Shown here in pieces: positions 27,809-37,896 of a DNA stretch of 64,000 nucleotides (position 1 is the stretch's first letter; the number at the start of each line of letters is the position of its first letter). Under the pieces are notes generated by a model. It had not been told where the DNA came from. It searched no databases and saw only the letters and a program-made list of their open reading frames with translations. This DNA is from Candidatus Latescibacterota bacterium (GTDB taxonomy: Bacteria; Latescibacterota; UBA2968; UBA8231): positions 1,440,001 to 1,504,000 of the forward strand of contig OZ241362.1 of NCBI GenBank assembly GCA_965200315.1, read 5' to 3'. The position numbers and the translations under genes are program-made.

Positions 27809-29007
27809 AAAAATTAAAGTTGCATGAGCAGATCGAACTTTTAGAATACTGCAAGACCCATTCTAAGAAACTTTCTTCAGAGTTGAAAAAACTAGAGTTG
27901 AGTTATGACTCATTAGTCTATAAAAAGGATAAGAGAAGCGATAATTTATTTTTTTCTAAATTCAACTTCGACTTAGAATACAAAACACTTAGTGAACTTA
28001 AGAAATACAAGAGAGACATGCCACTAGTAAGTTTCTTTTCTGGATGCGGTGGTCTCGATTTAGGCTTTGAATATGCTGGATTCAGCACGGTAGCAATGGT
28101 AGAAATTAATAAGGTTTTCTGTAATACTTTGCGCGATAATTTTTCTGCAACCATTATTGGGCCTCCTGAATACACTGGTGATGTTAAGAACACAGACGCA
28201 ATTGTAGATATACTAAAGAATATTGATATTAAAGAAAATTTTCCAGGTATTTTTGTTGGCGGTCCACCTTGTCAACCTTTTAGCATAGCTGCCAATCAGA
28301 GATTTTCAAGGAATGGCGATAACTTCAAAAGGATAGGTTTCAAACACGAAGATTATGGTAATCTCCTTTTTGACTACATATTTCTCATTAAGATATTTAG
28401 ACCAAGGGTATTTTTGATTGAAAATGTAGAAGGCTTGCTAACATTAGATGGTGGCCATCAAGTGTTTGAAGCATGTCATATTCTCTCAGAACTTGGATAT
28501 AATATAAAAGGCCCTACCTTATTGAATGCGGCTAATTTTCTTGTGCCGCAGAATAGGTTGCGAGTATTTATCATTGGTATTATCGATGGTTCCTTTCGAT
28601 TTCCGCAAAAACAAATTTCTATGGTACCGTGTGGTAAAGCATTAGAGAAGCCAATTTCTGGTTTAGCCAATGGTGAAACCAGAGAGCACAAAGCAGAGTC
28701 GATTGAAAGATACATGAAATTGGATTATGGAAAAAGAGACAAATTGGGAAGAGTAGATAGATTAAACCCAGCCCTGCCCTCAAAGACAGTCATTGCTGGA
28801 GGGACCAAGGGTGGCGGACGCTCGCATCTGCATCCCCATATACCTCGGACTATGTCTGTAAGAGAATGCGCCCGCCTGCAAACATTCCCAGACGATTTTG
28901 TTTTTAGCGGGCCACCAGCGAGACAATTCACCCAAGTCGGAAACGCAGTCCCACCAATACTAGCTTACCAACTCGCCGAACAGATATTTGAGGGACTTAA
29001 CAGATAA
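27805..29007 (+). CDS. DNA (cytosine-5)-methyltransferase
   Basis: Motifs I FSGCGG, IV GGPPCQ, VI ENV, VIII PQNRLRVF, IX RECARLQTFPD, X GNAVPP; low GC. Confidence 0.95.
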   Translation: MKKLKLHEQIELLEYCKTHSKKLSSELKKLELSYDSLVYKKDKRSDNLFFSKFNFDLEYKTLSELKKYKRDMPLVSFFSGCGGLDLGFEYAGFSTVAMVEINKVFCNTLRDNFSATIIGPPEYTGDVKNTDAIVDILKNIDIKENFPGIFVGGPPCQPFSIAANQRFSRNGDNFKRIGFKHEDYGNLLFDYIFLIKIFRPRVFLIENVEGLLTLDGGHQVFEACHILSELGYNIKGPTLLNAANFLVPQNRLRVFIIGIIDGSFRFPQKQISMVPCGKALEKPISGLANGETREHKAESIERYMKLDYGKRDKLGRVDRLNPALPSKTVIAGGTKGGGRSHLHPHIPRTMSVRECARLQTFPDDFVFSGPPARQFTQVGNAVPPILAYQLAEQIFEGLNR

Positions 29008-29133
29008 AGTCGATCATAAGTATGGAGCGTCCAATGCCTTGGCCTTTTATTCTGCTGCAAGTTCGTCAGAATGGTCAATCATATAAACGCATAAAAATTT
29101 GGCAATGGAATTTCCCGCAGTGAGGCCCCTCAC

Positions 29134-30750
29134 ATGATCGAAGGACAACAAGTAATCGCCGATGGCGGTGCTGTAGCCGCTCAGCAGCCCGCCGCAGCGC
29201 GCATTGGCGCGCAGATATTGACCCAAGGCGGCAACGCCATGGATGCGGCCGCGGCCACTAGTCTGGCCTGCTGCATGTTGGCGCCCCAATCCAACGGCAT
29301 CGGCGGGTACATGTCGGCGGCGGTTGTTTTGGAAGGTTCCACCGGCCGCGTCTGGTCGCTCGACGCCAATGCCAAAGCCCCGGCCGCGGCCCACGGGCAG
29401 ATGTACGACATTCTGCCCGTCCGCCGCGACAACATGGGCACCAACGAAAGGGAATACGCCTGTAGCGTCCGCGACGATGCCAACGTGTACGGCCCCCAGT
29501 CCATAGCCGTCCCCGGCCAAATGGCTGGCATGGGCTTTTTGCACGAGCGCTGGGGGCAATTGCCTTGGGCCGCGATTGTCGCCCCGGCCCAAGGGCTCCT
29601 CGCCGATGGCTTCCCTTACGGCCCAGCCCTAGCCAGTACCATCCGCAACCAAGAAGCCATTCTGCGCCGCTTCCCCGCCACGTTTAGCCACCTCGCGCCG
29701 CAGGGCGCGTTGCCCAGCCCCGACGACATTTGGCATCGTCCCGCTATGGAGCGCACCCTAGAGAGTCTGGCCCAAGCCGGCTGGCGCGACTTTTACGATG
29801 GCGAATTGGGCCGCACCATTGGCGATTATGTCCAAGCCAGCGGCGGTGCGCTCACCCGCGATGATATGGCCGCCTTTGCGCCGCGCCTGACCGAGCCGTA
29901 CCAAATCACCTACCGCGACGTGCCGGTATACGGGCCGATTTTGCCCAACGGCTGCCTCTCTGCCCTCCAGATTTTGCACATGCTGGAGTGCCTGCCCGTG
30001 GTGCCCGACGACCAAGCCCGGTACTGGCACCAGCTAGCCGAGGTCGTCAAACAGGCCTGGCGCGACCGCCTGCGCTACGTCGGCGACCCGGATTTCGTGG
30101 ATGTGCCGGTAGAGCGCTTGTTGAGCAAAGACTACGCAGCCGGTCGCGTCGAGAGCCTGCGGCAATTCCCCGCTCAGGTCGATCAGCAGGTGTACGAAGC
30201 TTCGGGTCCAGCTATCGCCGAAACTTTGCACGTATCGGCCGCGGACGCCACCGGCAATCTCGTCGGCATTACCATCACCCAGGGCGGGGCTTTTGGCTCC
30301 TGTTTCACGGTGCCGGGTACGGGCATTATTCTGGGGCACGGCATGTGCCGTTTGGACCCCCGGCCCGGTCGGGCCAATTCCGTGGCCGCGCACAAGCGTC
30401 CGCTCAACAACGTGGTCCCCATGATCTTGCGCCTGCCCCAGCGCGACGTGGCCATCGGCCTACCCGGCGGTCGCCGCATCATCAGCGTCGGTGCCCAATT
30501 AGGGCAGCGCATTATCGACTTCCACGCCACGGCCTTGGGAGCAGCTACGGCCCCCCGGCTCAACGCCGAAGCCCAAGAGCCCCTCGAACTGAAGCGCGGC
30601 ATCGATCCGGCGATTGTGGAAACCCTAAAAGAAATGGGCCACCGGGTGCTGGTAAGAGACGAGGTGGCCGGCGGCGCGCACGGTGCCGAAGTGCTCAAAA
30701 GCGAGGGCAAGGTGCGCGCCGGGGGCAATGGCTGGGCCGCGGGCGTATAG
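29134..30750 (+). CDS. ggt: Gamma-glutamyltransferase family Ntn-hydrolase
   Basis: GGNAMDAAAA, NGIGG, AWRDRLRYVGDPDF, catalytic Thr in ETLHVSAAD, KRPLNN, GLPGGRRI. Confidence 0.9.
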   Translation: MIEGQQVIADGGAVAAQQPAAARIGAQILTQGGNAMDAAAATSLACCMLAPQSNGIGGYMSAAVVLEGSTGRVWSLDANAKAPAAAHGQMYDILPVRRDNMGTNEREYACSVRDDANVYGPQSIAVPGQMAGMGFLHERWGQLPWAAIVAPAQGLLADGFPYGPALASTIRNQEAILRRFPATFSHLAPQGALPSPDDIWHRPAMERTLESLAQAGWRDFYDGELGRTIGDYVQASGGALTRDDMAAFAPRLTEPYQITYRDVPVYGPILPNGCLSALQILHMLECLPVVPDDQARYWHQLAEVVKQAWRDRLRYVGDPDFVDVPVERLLSKDYAAGRVESLRQFPAQVDQQVYEASGPAIAETLHVSAADATGNLVGITITQGGAFGSCFTVPGTGIILGHGMCRLDPRPGRANSVAAHKRPLNNVVPMILRLPQRDVAIGLPGGRRIISVGAQLGQRIIDFHATALGAATAPRLNAEAQEPLELKRGIDPAIVETLKEMGHRVLVRDEVAGGAHGAEVLKSEGKVRAGGNGWAAGV

Positions 30751-30815
30751 ATCGTTTTAAGGTGAAAATCACCCTTGACACCCACATCATGGGTATATGA
30801 ACACAAATTCAATCC

Positions 30816-30927
30816 CCGCCAGTCCAGTAGGCTTGCTATGGCGGCCCTGAGCAGCCGACGCGACCGCCCCGAAAAGCCGTCCGACGGGCGCGGTAAAAGT
30901 GCTTCTGAAAGCCTACATGACTGGCGG
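30816..30927 (+). ncRNA. Candidate structured RNA (long irregular hairpin) of unknown family
   Basis: CCGCCAGTC/GACTGGCGG and GTAGGCTT/AAGCCTAC stems plus inner ACCGC-CCCG/CGGG-C-GCGGT; TTGACA at 30775-30780 upstream. Confidence 0.4.
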
Positions 30928-31018
30928 AGCTTGCCGGGTTGTGCTCTCGTCGACTGGGCCCCGCCGGTGGCCGGTGGTTCGTGCGTACGTCCTTGGGGGG
31001 CCGGCCGCTGGTCGGCCT

Positions 31019-31082
31019 GCGGGCGAGACGCCCGCGCATCCCGCGATGCGCCGCATCTCACGAGTGATGTAGGATTGCTATA
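31019..31082 (-). mobile_element. MITE-like end (TATAGCAATCCTA...) fused to a GGGCGTCTCGCCC REP
   Basis: 64 nt; its reverse complement aligns without gaps to 35946-36009 with few substitutions. Confidence 0.7.
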
Positions 31083-31105
31083 TCTAAATACGACGGAGAA
31101 CAAAA

Positions 31106-32236
31106 ATGAAAATTACTGATTTGCAGGTGATGCGAATGGGGTCGGAAGGGACCAACAATTGGACGTTCGTCAAAATCGAAACCGACGCCGGCATTCACGG
31201 ATGGGGCGAGGCCAGTTTGCAATACAAAGACGAGGCCCTGCTCGGCGAGTTTGCGGCGTTCAAGCGGTTTCTGCTAGGCAAAAATCCCTTTGAAATCGAG
31301 CGGATCTGGACTTCGCTGTATCGGTGCGTGACGTGGTCAGGTGGGCCCGTAACGACGAGTGCAATCAGTGCAATCGATCTGGCATTATGGGACATTAAAG
31401 GTAAAGCACTAGGCGTCCCAGTGTATGAATTGTTGGGCGGAAAGTCACACGACAAAATTCGCATGTACGCCAATGGCTGGCCGAGAAAGGATAACACACC
31501 AGCAGGGATTGCCGAGGGCGTAAAGCGGGTGGTGGATCAGGGCTATGAGGCGTTGAAGTTTTATCCTTTTAGGGGCGCACAGGTGGCAAACATCGAGCGC
31601 ATTCAGCACGGCGTCGCCCTCGTGGAAGCGGCGCGCGAAGCGGCCGGGTCGCAAATCGAAATAGGAATTGACATTCGCGCCCGCTTAAATATCTGGAGTG
31701 CCCGGCGCGTGGCGCAGGCATTGGAACCCTACAACATTGCATGGATGGAAGAGCCGATTTTGTGGGACAATCCCGAAGCACTAGCGCAATTTGCCCGCGA
31801 AGTAAATGTGCCCGTTGCGACAGGTGAGCAATTGTACACGCGCTGGGATTTTCGGGCACTATTGGAATTGAACGCGGTCGGGATTATTCAGCCGGACATT
31901 TGTCACGCCGGCGGCATCACCGAGCTGAAGAAAATTGCCGCCATGGCCGAGACGTATTATGTAACAATCGCACCGCACAATTCCAATGGGCCAATTTCAA
32001 CAATCGCCAGCCTGCATCTCGATATGTGCGTTCACAACAGCTTGATGCAGGAGATTTTTGTGTCGTCCATGGAGCGGTACAACAAGGTACTTACGCAGCC
32101 TATTGAAGTGATCGATGGGCACTGTGTGCCACCGGAAGGGCCGGGTTGGGGTGTAGAGTTGCGCGAGGATGTTGTGGCGCAGCATCCACCGAAGTCGTTT
32201 ACGTCAGTTGAGTCTGAGCCGTATATGGAATTTTAG
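31106..32236 (+). CDS. Mandelate racemase/enolase-superfamily acid-sugar dehydratase (galactonate dehydratase-like)
   Basis: VKIETDAGIHGWGE, SAIDLALWDIKGK, WMEEP, ATGEQL, IQPDICHAGGITE, APHN. Confidence 0.9.
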   Translation: MKITDLQVMRMGSEGTNNWTFVKIETDAGIHGWGEASLQYKDEALLGEFAAFKRFLLGKNPFEIERIWTSLYRCVTWSGGPVTTSAISAIDLALWDIKGKALGVPVYELLGGKSHDKIRMYANGWPRKDNTPAGIAEGVKRVVDQGYEALKFYPFRGAQVANIERIQHGVALVEAAREAAGSQIEIGIDIRARLNIWSARRVAQALEPYNIAWMEEPILWDNPEALAQFAREVNVPVATGEQLYTRWDFRALLELNAVGIIQPDICHAGGITELKKIAAMAETYYVTIAPHNSNGPISTIASLHLDMCVHNSLMQEIFVSSMERYNKVLTQPIEVIDGHCVPPEGPGWGVELREDVVAQHPPKSFTSVESEPYMEF

Positions 32237-32317
32237 GTAGCAGAAAGTGGGAGGAAGTGCGGTCGGAAAACGGCTGGCCTCCGCGTCATGTAGGGCGACG
32301 CGGAGGCCGGTTTATTG

Positions 32318-32779
32318 TTACAGTGAATCGCGCTTGAATTGCACGTACGCGGGCTGCTCGGAAGCCACAGCCTTATCAGCGGCTTGGCCAAAAGCATCCA
32401 TGATTTCTTCGTAATCCGATCCATAGGGCACAGTGACAACCGACGCGGAATCCACAGCCGCCGAGGCCATGTCATCGGCAGCACATGTAACCGTTATGGC
32501 CACGGAGTTATATAACCCGAGGGTTAGAATAGATCCCAAGACGGAGCCAAAGCTCTGGCTCGTCTCAATTTTTGCTATGCCATTTTCGCATTGGCTTTCG
32601 GCTTGGACCACATCCGACGCTATATTGTGCGACAAAAACCACAACCCCCAACCCTTTGACTCGATTCTCATGGTCTTACCACTTGGGGGGCGGCTCATAT
32701 CAATGGTAGCACATCCGGCCAAAAGAAACAGGCTAAAAAAGACTACTATGAGAGAACTCCCCTGCAAACGCTTGATCAT
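32318..32779 (-). CDS. Bor/Iss-like lipoprotein with C-terminal extension
   Basis: Lipobox LAG-C; CENGIAKIETSQSF..ILTLGLYNSVAITVTCA resembles lambda Bor; likely start ATG 32779. Confidence 0.7.
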   Translation of the reverse strand: MIKRLQGSSLIVVFFSLFLLAGCATIDMSRPPSGKTMRIESKGWGLWFLSHNIASDVVQAESQCENGIAKIETSQSFGSVLGSILTLGLYNSVAITVTCAADDMASAAVDSASVVTVPYGSDYEEIMDAFGQAADKAVASEQPAYVQFKRDSL

Positions 32780-32893
32780 TTTAACTCTCCCTTCCTGAGG
32801 TAAATAAAACAAAATACCGGCTCCTATGCCGACAATGGTGTAATATAAACCAAGCACCAAAGACATGACAAACCCTCGGTGGCATTCCCTGAA

Positions 32894-33859
32894 TTACTTC
32901 TTCGCCGTCCTAATCTCAGCCGCCTCAATCTGATCCACTAGCGCGACCGAGTGAATCACGTCGCGGATGTCGGTAATCGGCTGCCGGTTTTCAACCACGC
33001 AATCGGCAAAGTGCTCGTGCATGGTCAGCAGGCCCTCGTAGCGGGGTACGTCGTCTTGTGGTACGCCATCGATTTCCCAGCCGCCGAGCGTGCGGACTTG
33101 GTTGTCCTCGTGGATTTCGATTTCGCTGGGAATTTTCATGTAGCAGCCAATGCCCACGCCGTGTAGCTCCGAGCGCAGCACCCGCCCGCCAGAGGCGCGG
33201 TTGCCGAACATCACGCCGGTCGCGCGGTTGTCAAAGCGCACCAGCGCTGTGTAGTGGTCGAAGCCCTCGCCGCCGAATTTGTCTTGATAGGCCGTAACTT
33301 CCACCGCCTCGCCGCCAGCCATGTAGCGCAGCAGATCGACGATGTGGACTAGGTCGTTCCACAAAGTGGTGGTGAATTCGGCGGCGCACTGCGGAAGCTG
33401 TTTTTTGAAGGTCGTCGTCGCCAGCGACACCGGGCCTTTGGCCGCAACCAAGCGCATGGCCTCGCGGGTGACGGCAGTGTAGCGGCGCTGGAGGCCGACC
33501 ATCACCCAGACCCCCTCGCGCTCGGCAGCCTCTAAAATCGCCCGCGTCTCGTCGCTATTCGCCCCGGGCGGTTTTTCAATAAATAGGTGCTTGCCAGCGG
33601 CGATGCAGTCGAGGACTGGCTGCAGAAGCCACTTCTCGTTCATCACGCAATAGACAATGTCCGGGTCGATCTCGTCGAGCATGGCGCGGTGGTCTTGGTA
33701 CGTGCGCGTAAAGCCATACTTTGCGACCACTTGCTCGAGGCGTTCCGCGTCCAATTCGCACACCGCGGCCATCTCCACTCGGTCGGCGAGGCACTGGACC
33801 GATGGATAGTGGGCGCTCTGGCCGCGGCTTCCCGCACCGATAAATCCCGCTTTAAGCAT
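32894..33859 (-). CDS. Gfo/Idh/MocA oxidoreductase
   Basis: MLKAGFIGAGSRG, GKHLFIEKP, VGLQRRY, HIVD. Confidence 0.9.
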   Translation of the reverse strand: MLKAGFIGAGSRGQSAHYPSVQCLADRVEMAAVCELDAERLEQVVAKYGFTRTYQDHRAMLDEIDPDIVYCVMNEKWLLQPVLDCIAAGKHLFIEKPPGANSDETRAILEAAEREGVWVMVGLQRRYTAVTREAMRLVAAKGPVSLATTTFKKQLPQCAAEFTTTLWNDLVHIVDLLRYMAGGEAVEVTAYQDKFGGEGFDHYTALVRFDNRATGVMFGNRASGGRVLRSELHGVGIGCYMKIPSEIEIHEDNQVRTLGGWEIDGVPQDDVPRYEGLLTMHEHFADCVVENRQPITDIRDVIHSVALVDQIEAAEIRTAKK

Positions 33860-34691
33860 GATCTTCCCCCTTCTGGCACAAAGCCGTAAAAAAGCGCACA
33901 TCAATCCGCGCCAAGTCGATGACGCTTTCCACCGGCTCACCGCTGTACTCGCTGTGAAAGCTGACCGGGCCGGCAAAGTTCAGCCGCTTCAAGGTCGCGA
34001 TCACGGCTGGCCAATCGACAAAGCCCTGCCCCATGCGCACGACGCTGGTGGCGGGAGCACCCTGTTGGGTGATGCTCAAGGGCCGCTGGTGGACCAGATC
34101 CTTAAAAGCGAGCAGACACAAGTGCGAGCGCACGATGTCGAGGGCCATGGCGACCGGCTCGCCGCACAGCGACAAGTGCCCGGGATCGGCAAAGACCCCC
34201 ACGTATTGCGGGTCGCAGTCCTTGACGATGTTCATCGCGGCGCAGGCATTGAGGCCCATGGACGCGCCCGAATGATTGTGAATGGCGGTTTTGACGCCGT
34301 GTTTTTCCGACAGCGCCTGAAACCCCTCCATAAAGCCGCGCACTGCATCTAACTGCGTCCAGTAGGGAGTATCCGGCTGCCAGTGCCAGTAGCCGAGCTT
34401 GACGTGGGCCACGCCAGCCTCGCCCAAGGCCGCGTAATACCTTTCCGCGTAGTCGATGTCCGGGCGGTTGAAGTCGCCCGGAGCGGTTACTAAGGGAATG
34501 CAGAGGCCAGCGTCGGCGAACCGCTTCGTCGCCGCCGGCAGGGCCGTGGCCACATTGGCCGGATTGACCGGGTAGCCGTCGCGCACACACAGGTCGGCCC
34601 CCTGCACACCCATGGCCTGCAAGGCGTCGATGAGTTGCGGGACCTCAAGGCCCTCTAAGTGCTTGGTAAATGCGATATACGTCAGATCCAC
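33852..34691 (-). CDS. Sugar phosphate isomerase/epimerase (xylose isomerase-like TIM barrel)
   Basis: AIHNHSG, ADPGH, AFKD, GQGFVDW, SFHSEY; GTG start 34691 after AAAGGAG. Confidence 0.85.
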   Translation of the reverse strand: MDLTYIAFTKHLEGLEVPQLIDALQAMGVQGADLCVRDGYPVNPANVATALPAATKRFADAGLCIPLVTAPGDFNRPDIDYAERYYAALGEAGVAHVKLGYWHWQPDTPYWTQLDAVRGFMEGFQALSEKHGVKTAIHNHSGASMGLNACAAMNIVKDCDPQYVGVFADPGHLSLCGEPVAMALDIVRSHLCLLAFKDLVHQRPLSITQQGAPATSVVRMGQGFVDWPAVIATLKRLNFAGPVSFHSEYSGEPVESVIDLARIDVRFFTALCQKGEDHA

Positions 34692-34712
34692 GATGTGCGC
34701 TCCTTTCTCTGT

Positions 34713-34741
34713 TTGACAAGGTGGGGTAAGGGTATCAAAAT
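34713..34741 (+). promoter_or_regulatory. Sigma70-like promoter for the PhyH gene
   Basis: TTGACA-17 nt-CAAAAT, about 40 nt upstream of the ATG. Confidence 0.5.
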
Positions 34742-34782
34742 ATCGGCCCAACGCCAACGAATTAAACGGAGCAAGTCGAGTC

Positions 34783-35715
34783 ATGGAAGCAATCAAGATG
34801 GAACCCAGCCCGCCGATTGAGGTCCCCAAGCCGCTCTCCGCCGCCCAAGTGCAGTCCTTTATCGACGACGGCTATCTCGTGGTACCGGGCCTGATGCAAG
34901 AAGCCGAGCTCGACGAGCTCAAACGCGACCTCGTAGATGTGGCGCGCGGCCGCTACGAGTGCAATACCATCGAGCCGGTCGATCCCACCCTGAGCGATCA
35001 AGCGGTGCTAGAGAGCATCCTTTGCATCCACCAGCCGCACTACGTCAGTCCGGTCATCGAACAGTACGTCCGCCATCCCAGAATCTGCGGCGTCCTGAGC
35101 CAGATCGCGGCCGCGCACCTGCCCTTTTGGGACGGCAGCGTCAAGTGCATGCAGTCCATGTATTTCGTCAAGCCGCCCAACTTTCAAGGGCAGGCTTGGC
35201 ACCAAGACGAGATCTACATCCCCACGCGAGATCGCTCGCTGATCGGCGCGTGGATCGCCGTGGATGACGCCACCGTAGAAAACGGCTGCCTGTACGTCAT
35301 TCCGGGGTCGCACCGGCCTGGGTACCTCTACCCGCAGCGGCCCCACGAAAACCCAGACGAGTTCGACTTCGCGCCCGAGAGCTACGGATTTGACGAGCGC
35401 GTCGAGATCCCGGTTGAAGTGGAAGCCGGTGCCCTCGTGTTCTTCAACGGCTATCTCCTCCACCGCTCGTACAAAAATCGGGGCAACACCTATCGCCGCG
35501 TCTTGGTCAACCACTACTGCAACGCCTATAGCCTGTTGCCTTGGAGCATCGAAGAAGGCGAATCGCCCGCCCGCGCCGACCGGCGCACCATCGTGCCCGT
35601 GGCCGGCATCGATCCCTACGCTTGGAAGGGCTATCAAGCGCCGGCCAAGTCCGTGGGGTTGCGGCACTCCAAGGCCATCGACGAGGTCCGCGCCACCCGC
35701 GAGGAGCACGCTTGA
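34783..35715 (+). CDS. Phytanoyl-CoA dioxygenase (PhyH) family Fe/2OG dioxygenase
   Basis: WHQD, AWIAVDDATVENGCL..IPGSH, LLHRS..N..R. Confidence 0.9.
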   Translation: MEAIKMEPSPPIEVPKPLSAAQVQSFIDDGYLVVPGLMQEAELDELKRDLVDVARGRYECNTIEPVDPTLSDQAVLESILCIHQPHYVSPVIEQYVRHPRICGVLSQIAAAHLPFWDGSVKCMQSMYFVKPPNFQGQAWHQDEIYIPTRDRSLIGAWIAVDDATVENGCLYVIPGSHRPGYLYPQRPHENPDEFDFAPESYGFDERVEIPVEVEAGALVFFNGYLLHRSYKNRGNTYRRVLVNHYCNAYSLLPWSIEEGESPARADRRTIVPVAGIDPYAWKGYQAPAKSVGLRHSKAIDEVRATREEHA

Positions 35716-35945
35716 AAATCGGCGACTCTACATTGGCGGCGTACCGCGTCCCCCGGCAATAGGTTCGACCGACGGCAAAATCAAACTTGGGGATCGGCGA
35801 TCCGAATTCTTATGCTGGTAGTGGGCGCGGCGGTTCCGGCTGCCAGCCAAGGCGGCGTGGGCTTAGCCGGGCAGCTTGCCGAGCCTGCTAAATAGCTGGC
35901 TATCTGTATCCCAACCAGCGGCCAAGAGACACCAGTTCGGCTCAC

Positions 35946-36009
35946 TATAGCAGTCCTACGTTATTCGTGCGATGCGGCGCATCGCTGGGTGCGCGGGCGT
36001 CTCGCCCGC
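35946..36009 (+). mobile_element. MITE-like end plus REP, second copy
   Basis: TATAGCAGTCCTACGTTATTCGTGCGATGCGGCGCATCGCTGGGTGCGCGGGCGTCTCGCCCGC. Confidence 0.7.
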
Positions 36010-36036
36010 GGGCAGGCCAGCGGCACCAAGTCGATA

Positions 36037-36575
36037 TGACCAGCTTGGCCAACTCGGTCCCCGGGCTGATCAGCTATTGGGTGCCGCTGGTGTCGAGTCC
36101 GTTTTATTACGCCAGCTCGGAAAACAACTGGGACGAACTGATCCTGCCCTATCTCCCTACCTCGCTGGTGCCCCACGACCTAGCGGCCATTCGCGCTTTT
36201 TTTGAAGGCAACGAAGGGCAGGCGAGTGCGATTCCTTGGAAAGTGTGGCTGACGCCGCTGTTGAGCTGGTTGCCGCTGATCGTCGCGCTGCACGTGGCCA
36301 CCTTGTGCCTGATGGTTGTCGTGCGCCGGCACTGGGTCTGGTGGCCCTTGCATCCGATTGGCTTTCCCATCAGCTCGACCTTTCACTGGATGGCTTTCAA
36401 CGCCTTTTTGGCCTGGCTCATCAAGGGGCCAGTCCTGTACTACGGCGGCGTCCATCTCTACCGCCAAGTGCGGCCGTTCTTCTTGGGGATGATCCTCGGG
36501 CACTTTGCGATCTTCGGGGTCTTCTGGGTCATCGACTCCTTCACGGGCATGATCGGCAACGGTCTGTTCCTCTGA
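36037..36575 (+). pseudogene. DUF6785/DUF6784 protein, 5'-truncated with a large in-frame internal deletion
   Basis: PFYYASSENNW..FFEG..VVVRRHWV joined directly to WWPLHPIG..PFFLGMILG; about 390 aa of the paralog 9230..11230 missing between them. Confidence 0.8.
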
Positions 36576-36651
36576 GCAGTGATGCACAATCGGGTTGCTC
36601 GCCGCTGGCCGCAACATTTATTTGTCCGTCCACTTAAAAAAGGAGGCGGCT

Positions 36652-37884
36652 TTGGACAAAATCAGACTGGCATTAGTCGGCTGCGGGGGCATGGGAACGC
36701 GGCACCTATACGGGCTGGGGACCCTCGCCAAAACCCCGTTTGACAATGTAGAGCTAGTCGCCGTATGCGACATCCGGCGCGACAACGCCGAACTGGCAGC
36801 CTCAGAGGCCGAAAAACTCGTGGGCCAGCGGCCCGCGGTGTTCACCGATCTCGAAACCATGCACCGCGAAGTCTCCGACCTAATGGCCGTGGATGTCGTG
36901 GTGGACCCGTCGGTGCATCACGCCGTGGTCTGCCAAGCCCTCGATCTGGGGTTGCACGTGATGGTAGAAAAGCCCATGGCCATTACCGTCAAGGGCTGCC
37001 AGCAGATGATCGAGGCTGCCGAGCGCAACCAGCGCATCCTGTCGGTGGCGGAAAATTTTCGCCGCGATCCCTCGGCGCGGCTGGTGCATCACCTGCTAAA
37101 GCACGGGGCCATTGGCCGCCCTTACATGGCAATCTTCCACTCGCTGGCCCCGCATCGCGAGGTATTCATCACGCCTTGGCGGCACATGAAGAATCGCGGC
37201 GGGCTGCTATTGGACTTAGGCGTCCATTTCACCGACATGATTCGCTACCAACTCGGGGACATTGAGGAAGCCTACGGGGCCGTCGAGTTAGCCTCGCCTG
37301 TGCGCCACAAGCCCGAAGCCGTTCACTCGCCCTATGAGTTTTACCAAACCCGCTTCACCGAGATGGAGCAGCAAGTCGAAGCCACGGCCGAAGACACCTC
37401 TATGGCGATGTTTCGGATGAAAAGCGGCATCGCGGTCAACTGGGTGGTGGGCTTGGGGGGATACGGCTCTTGCGGCGGCGAGGTCATTTTCGGGTCTGAG
37501 GGCGTAATGCAGGGGTTTGGCACACGCGGCGCGAGGGCGTGCTTGCAACGGGCCGATGGCACGACGCTCGACCACGCTGCGCTCGTGGCCAGCTCAGAAG
37601 CGTTCTCCCTAGAGCCACTGGCCGAGCATTTTTTCCCCGAGCGAGTCGCCGACCAAGACATCGACTGGAAACTGTTGGCACTAGAGTACTTTGAACTAGC
37701 CGAGGCCATTCTCAACAGGCGAAAAATCGAAGTGAATGGAATGGAGGGCCTAAAAGATGTGGCCGCGGTGTACGCGATTTTCGAGTCGAGCCGGTTGGGT
37801 CGGGCCGTGCGGCTCAGTGAGGTAGAAAGCGGAGCCGTCTATGAGTACCAAGCCGAAATCGACGAGGCACTGGGCATCGGCTAA
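36652..37884 (+). CDS. Gfo/Idh/MocA oxidoreductase
   Basis: LVGCGGMG, HVMVEKPMA, VAENFR, DLGVHFTD; TTG start after AAGGAGG. Confidence 0.9.
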   Translation: MDKIRLALVGCGGMGTRHLYGLGTLAKTPFDNVELVAVCDIRRDNAELAASEAEKLVGQRPAVFTDLETMHREVSDLMAVDVVVDPSVHHAVVCQALDLGLHVMVEKPMAITVKGCQQMIEAAERNQRILSVAENFRRDPSARLVHHLLKHGAIGRPYMAIFHSLAPHREVFITPWRHMKNRGGLLLDLGVHFTDMIRYQLGDIEEAYGAVELASPVRHKPEAVHSPYEFYQTRFTEMEQQVEATAEDTSMAMFRMKSGIAVNWVVGLGGYGSCGGEVIFGSEGVMQGFGTRGARACLQRADGTTLDHAALVASSEAFSLEPLAEHFFPERVADQDIDWKLLALEYFELAEAILNRRKIEVNGMEGLKDVAAVYAIFESSRLGRAVRLSEVESGAVYEYQAEIDEALGIG

Positions 37885-37896
37885 CAGGAGGTTGAG

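Noticed and set aside
29101-29133. Fluoride riboswitch-like start GGCAATGGAATTTCCC
   Set aside because: The 3' CTGATGAC..CTAC consensus is absent and the downstream gene is unrelated
30917-30960. ZTP (pfl) riboswitch-like TGACTGGCG
   Set aside because: Lacks the GTGG..CCAC stem and 3' CGCCTGGG; the motif is instead paired within the long hairpin
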